A model generated the notes under the pieces. It was not told the origin of the DNA, made no database searches, and saw nothing but the letters and a program-made list of their open reading frames with translations. A stretch of 63,127 nucleotides of DNA, filler included, from Basidiobolus ranarum (taxonomy: Eukaryota): NCBI GenBank assembly GCA_040143965.1. It is 45 parts of 45 records of this genome, joined end to end, with 100 filler letters (N's around TTAATTAATTAA, not from the genome) between each part and the next. Parts side by side here need not be neighbours in the genome. Positions count along the whole stretch, not along the records: positions 61,829 to 63,127 come from JASJQH010012512.1; 44 more parts are not named here. One strand, 5' to 3'. Below, piece after piece: positions 62,855 to 63,127 of the stretch; the stretch's first letter is position 1, and each line of letters opens with the position of its first letter. A program made the translations under genes and the position numbers.

Positions 62855-63127
62855 CACGTTTATATATGGAAAACTGTTTAAGGTAGTCGAAGGTGAGGAT
62901 CTCTAATGAAAGGGAAGAGATTTATCAACACAAATGAAGAGCAGGTTCTCACAGTGATATCTAGAACGAGGTCAACAGAAATAAGGAATAACAGGAGAAA
63001 GGTGTTTAGTTCGAGACAAGTTTATTTTAACGTTTTGAAATTTTTATCTATGTTCCCGTGAGTTCCAGTGGGTCAAATAAAAATCGATAGAGGGGGTTGG
63101 GTACATTGATGGTAAGGAAAAATCTTG

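Larger units (their letters stand above)
1..63127. other. Artificial pseudo-scaffold: 45 contigs of ~1.3 kb joined by 44 linkers (44N-TTAATTAATTAA-44N)
   Basis: Identical 100-bp linker about every 1.4 kb (first 1313-1412, last 61729-61828). Contig lengths decrease steadily from 1312 to 1299. The 12-mer places stops in all six frames. Confidence 0.99.

Overview
This window is not contiguous DNA. It is 45 unrelated short contigs (1312 down to 1299 bp, sorted by length) joined by 44 identical 100-bp linkers (44 N + TTAATTAATTAA + 44 N), so adjacency across a linker means nothing. The source is an AT-rich, repeat-rich eukaryote with short GT-AG introns; the host genes look fungal, and an early-diverging lineage is my inference. 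About three quarters of the contigs are CpG-depleted, nested transposon debris. This includes an abundant CMC/CACTA-like DNA transposon with CCCTAACA termini and two divergent ORFs (about 5.1 kb when tiled across contigs), several Ty1/copia families (one with a half-tRNA-iMet primer site), a Ty3/gypsy pol remnant, a DDE_Tnp_4 transposase remnant and at least seven LTR families. Host gene fragments are two tandem Hsp70 genes, a cytochrome P450, VPS34 head-to-head with an alpha-arrestin, a sulfite-reductase-like N-terminus and a YY1/Iec1-like zinc-finger gene. The best leads are: a 282-bp solo LTR with a 5-bp TSD that carries a full 73-nt tRNA-like cloverleaf; an LTR with long heat-shock-element arrays upstream of its TATA box; the unassigned second ORF of the CCCTA element; a REPO/2W-hairpin-like motif in the zinc-finger gene; and an intronless PD-(D/E)XK-like ORF behind a ~110-bp tandem array. 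LTR family letters (A, B, C, E, F, G) are my own labels, and all family calls come from motif recognition, not database searches.
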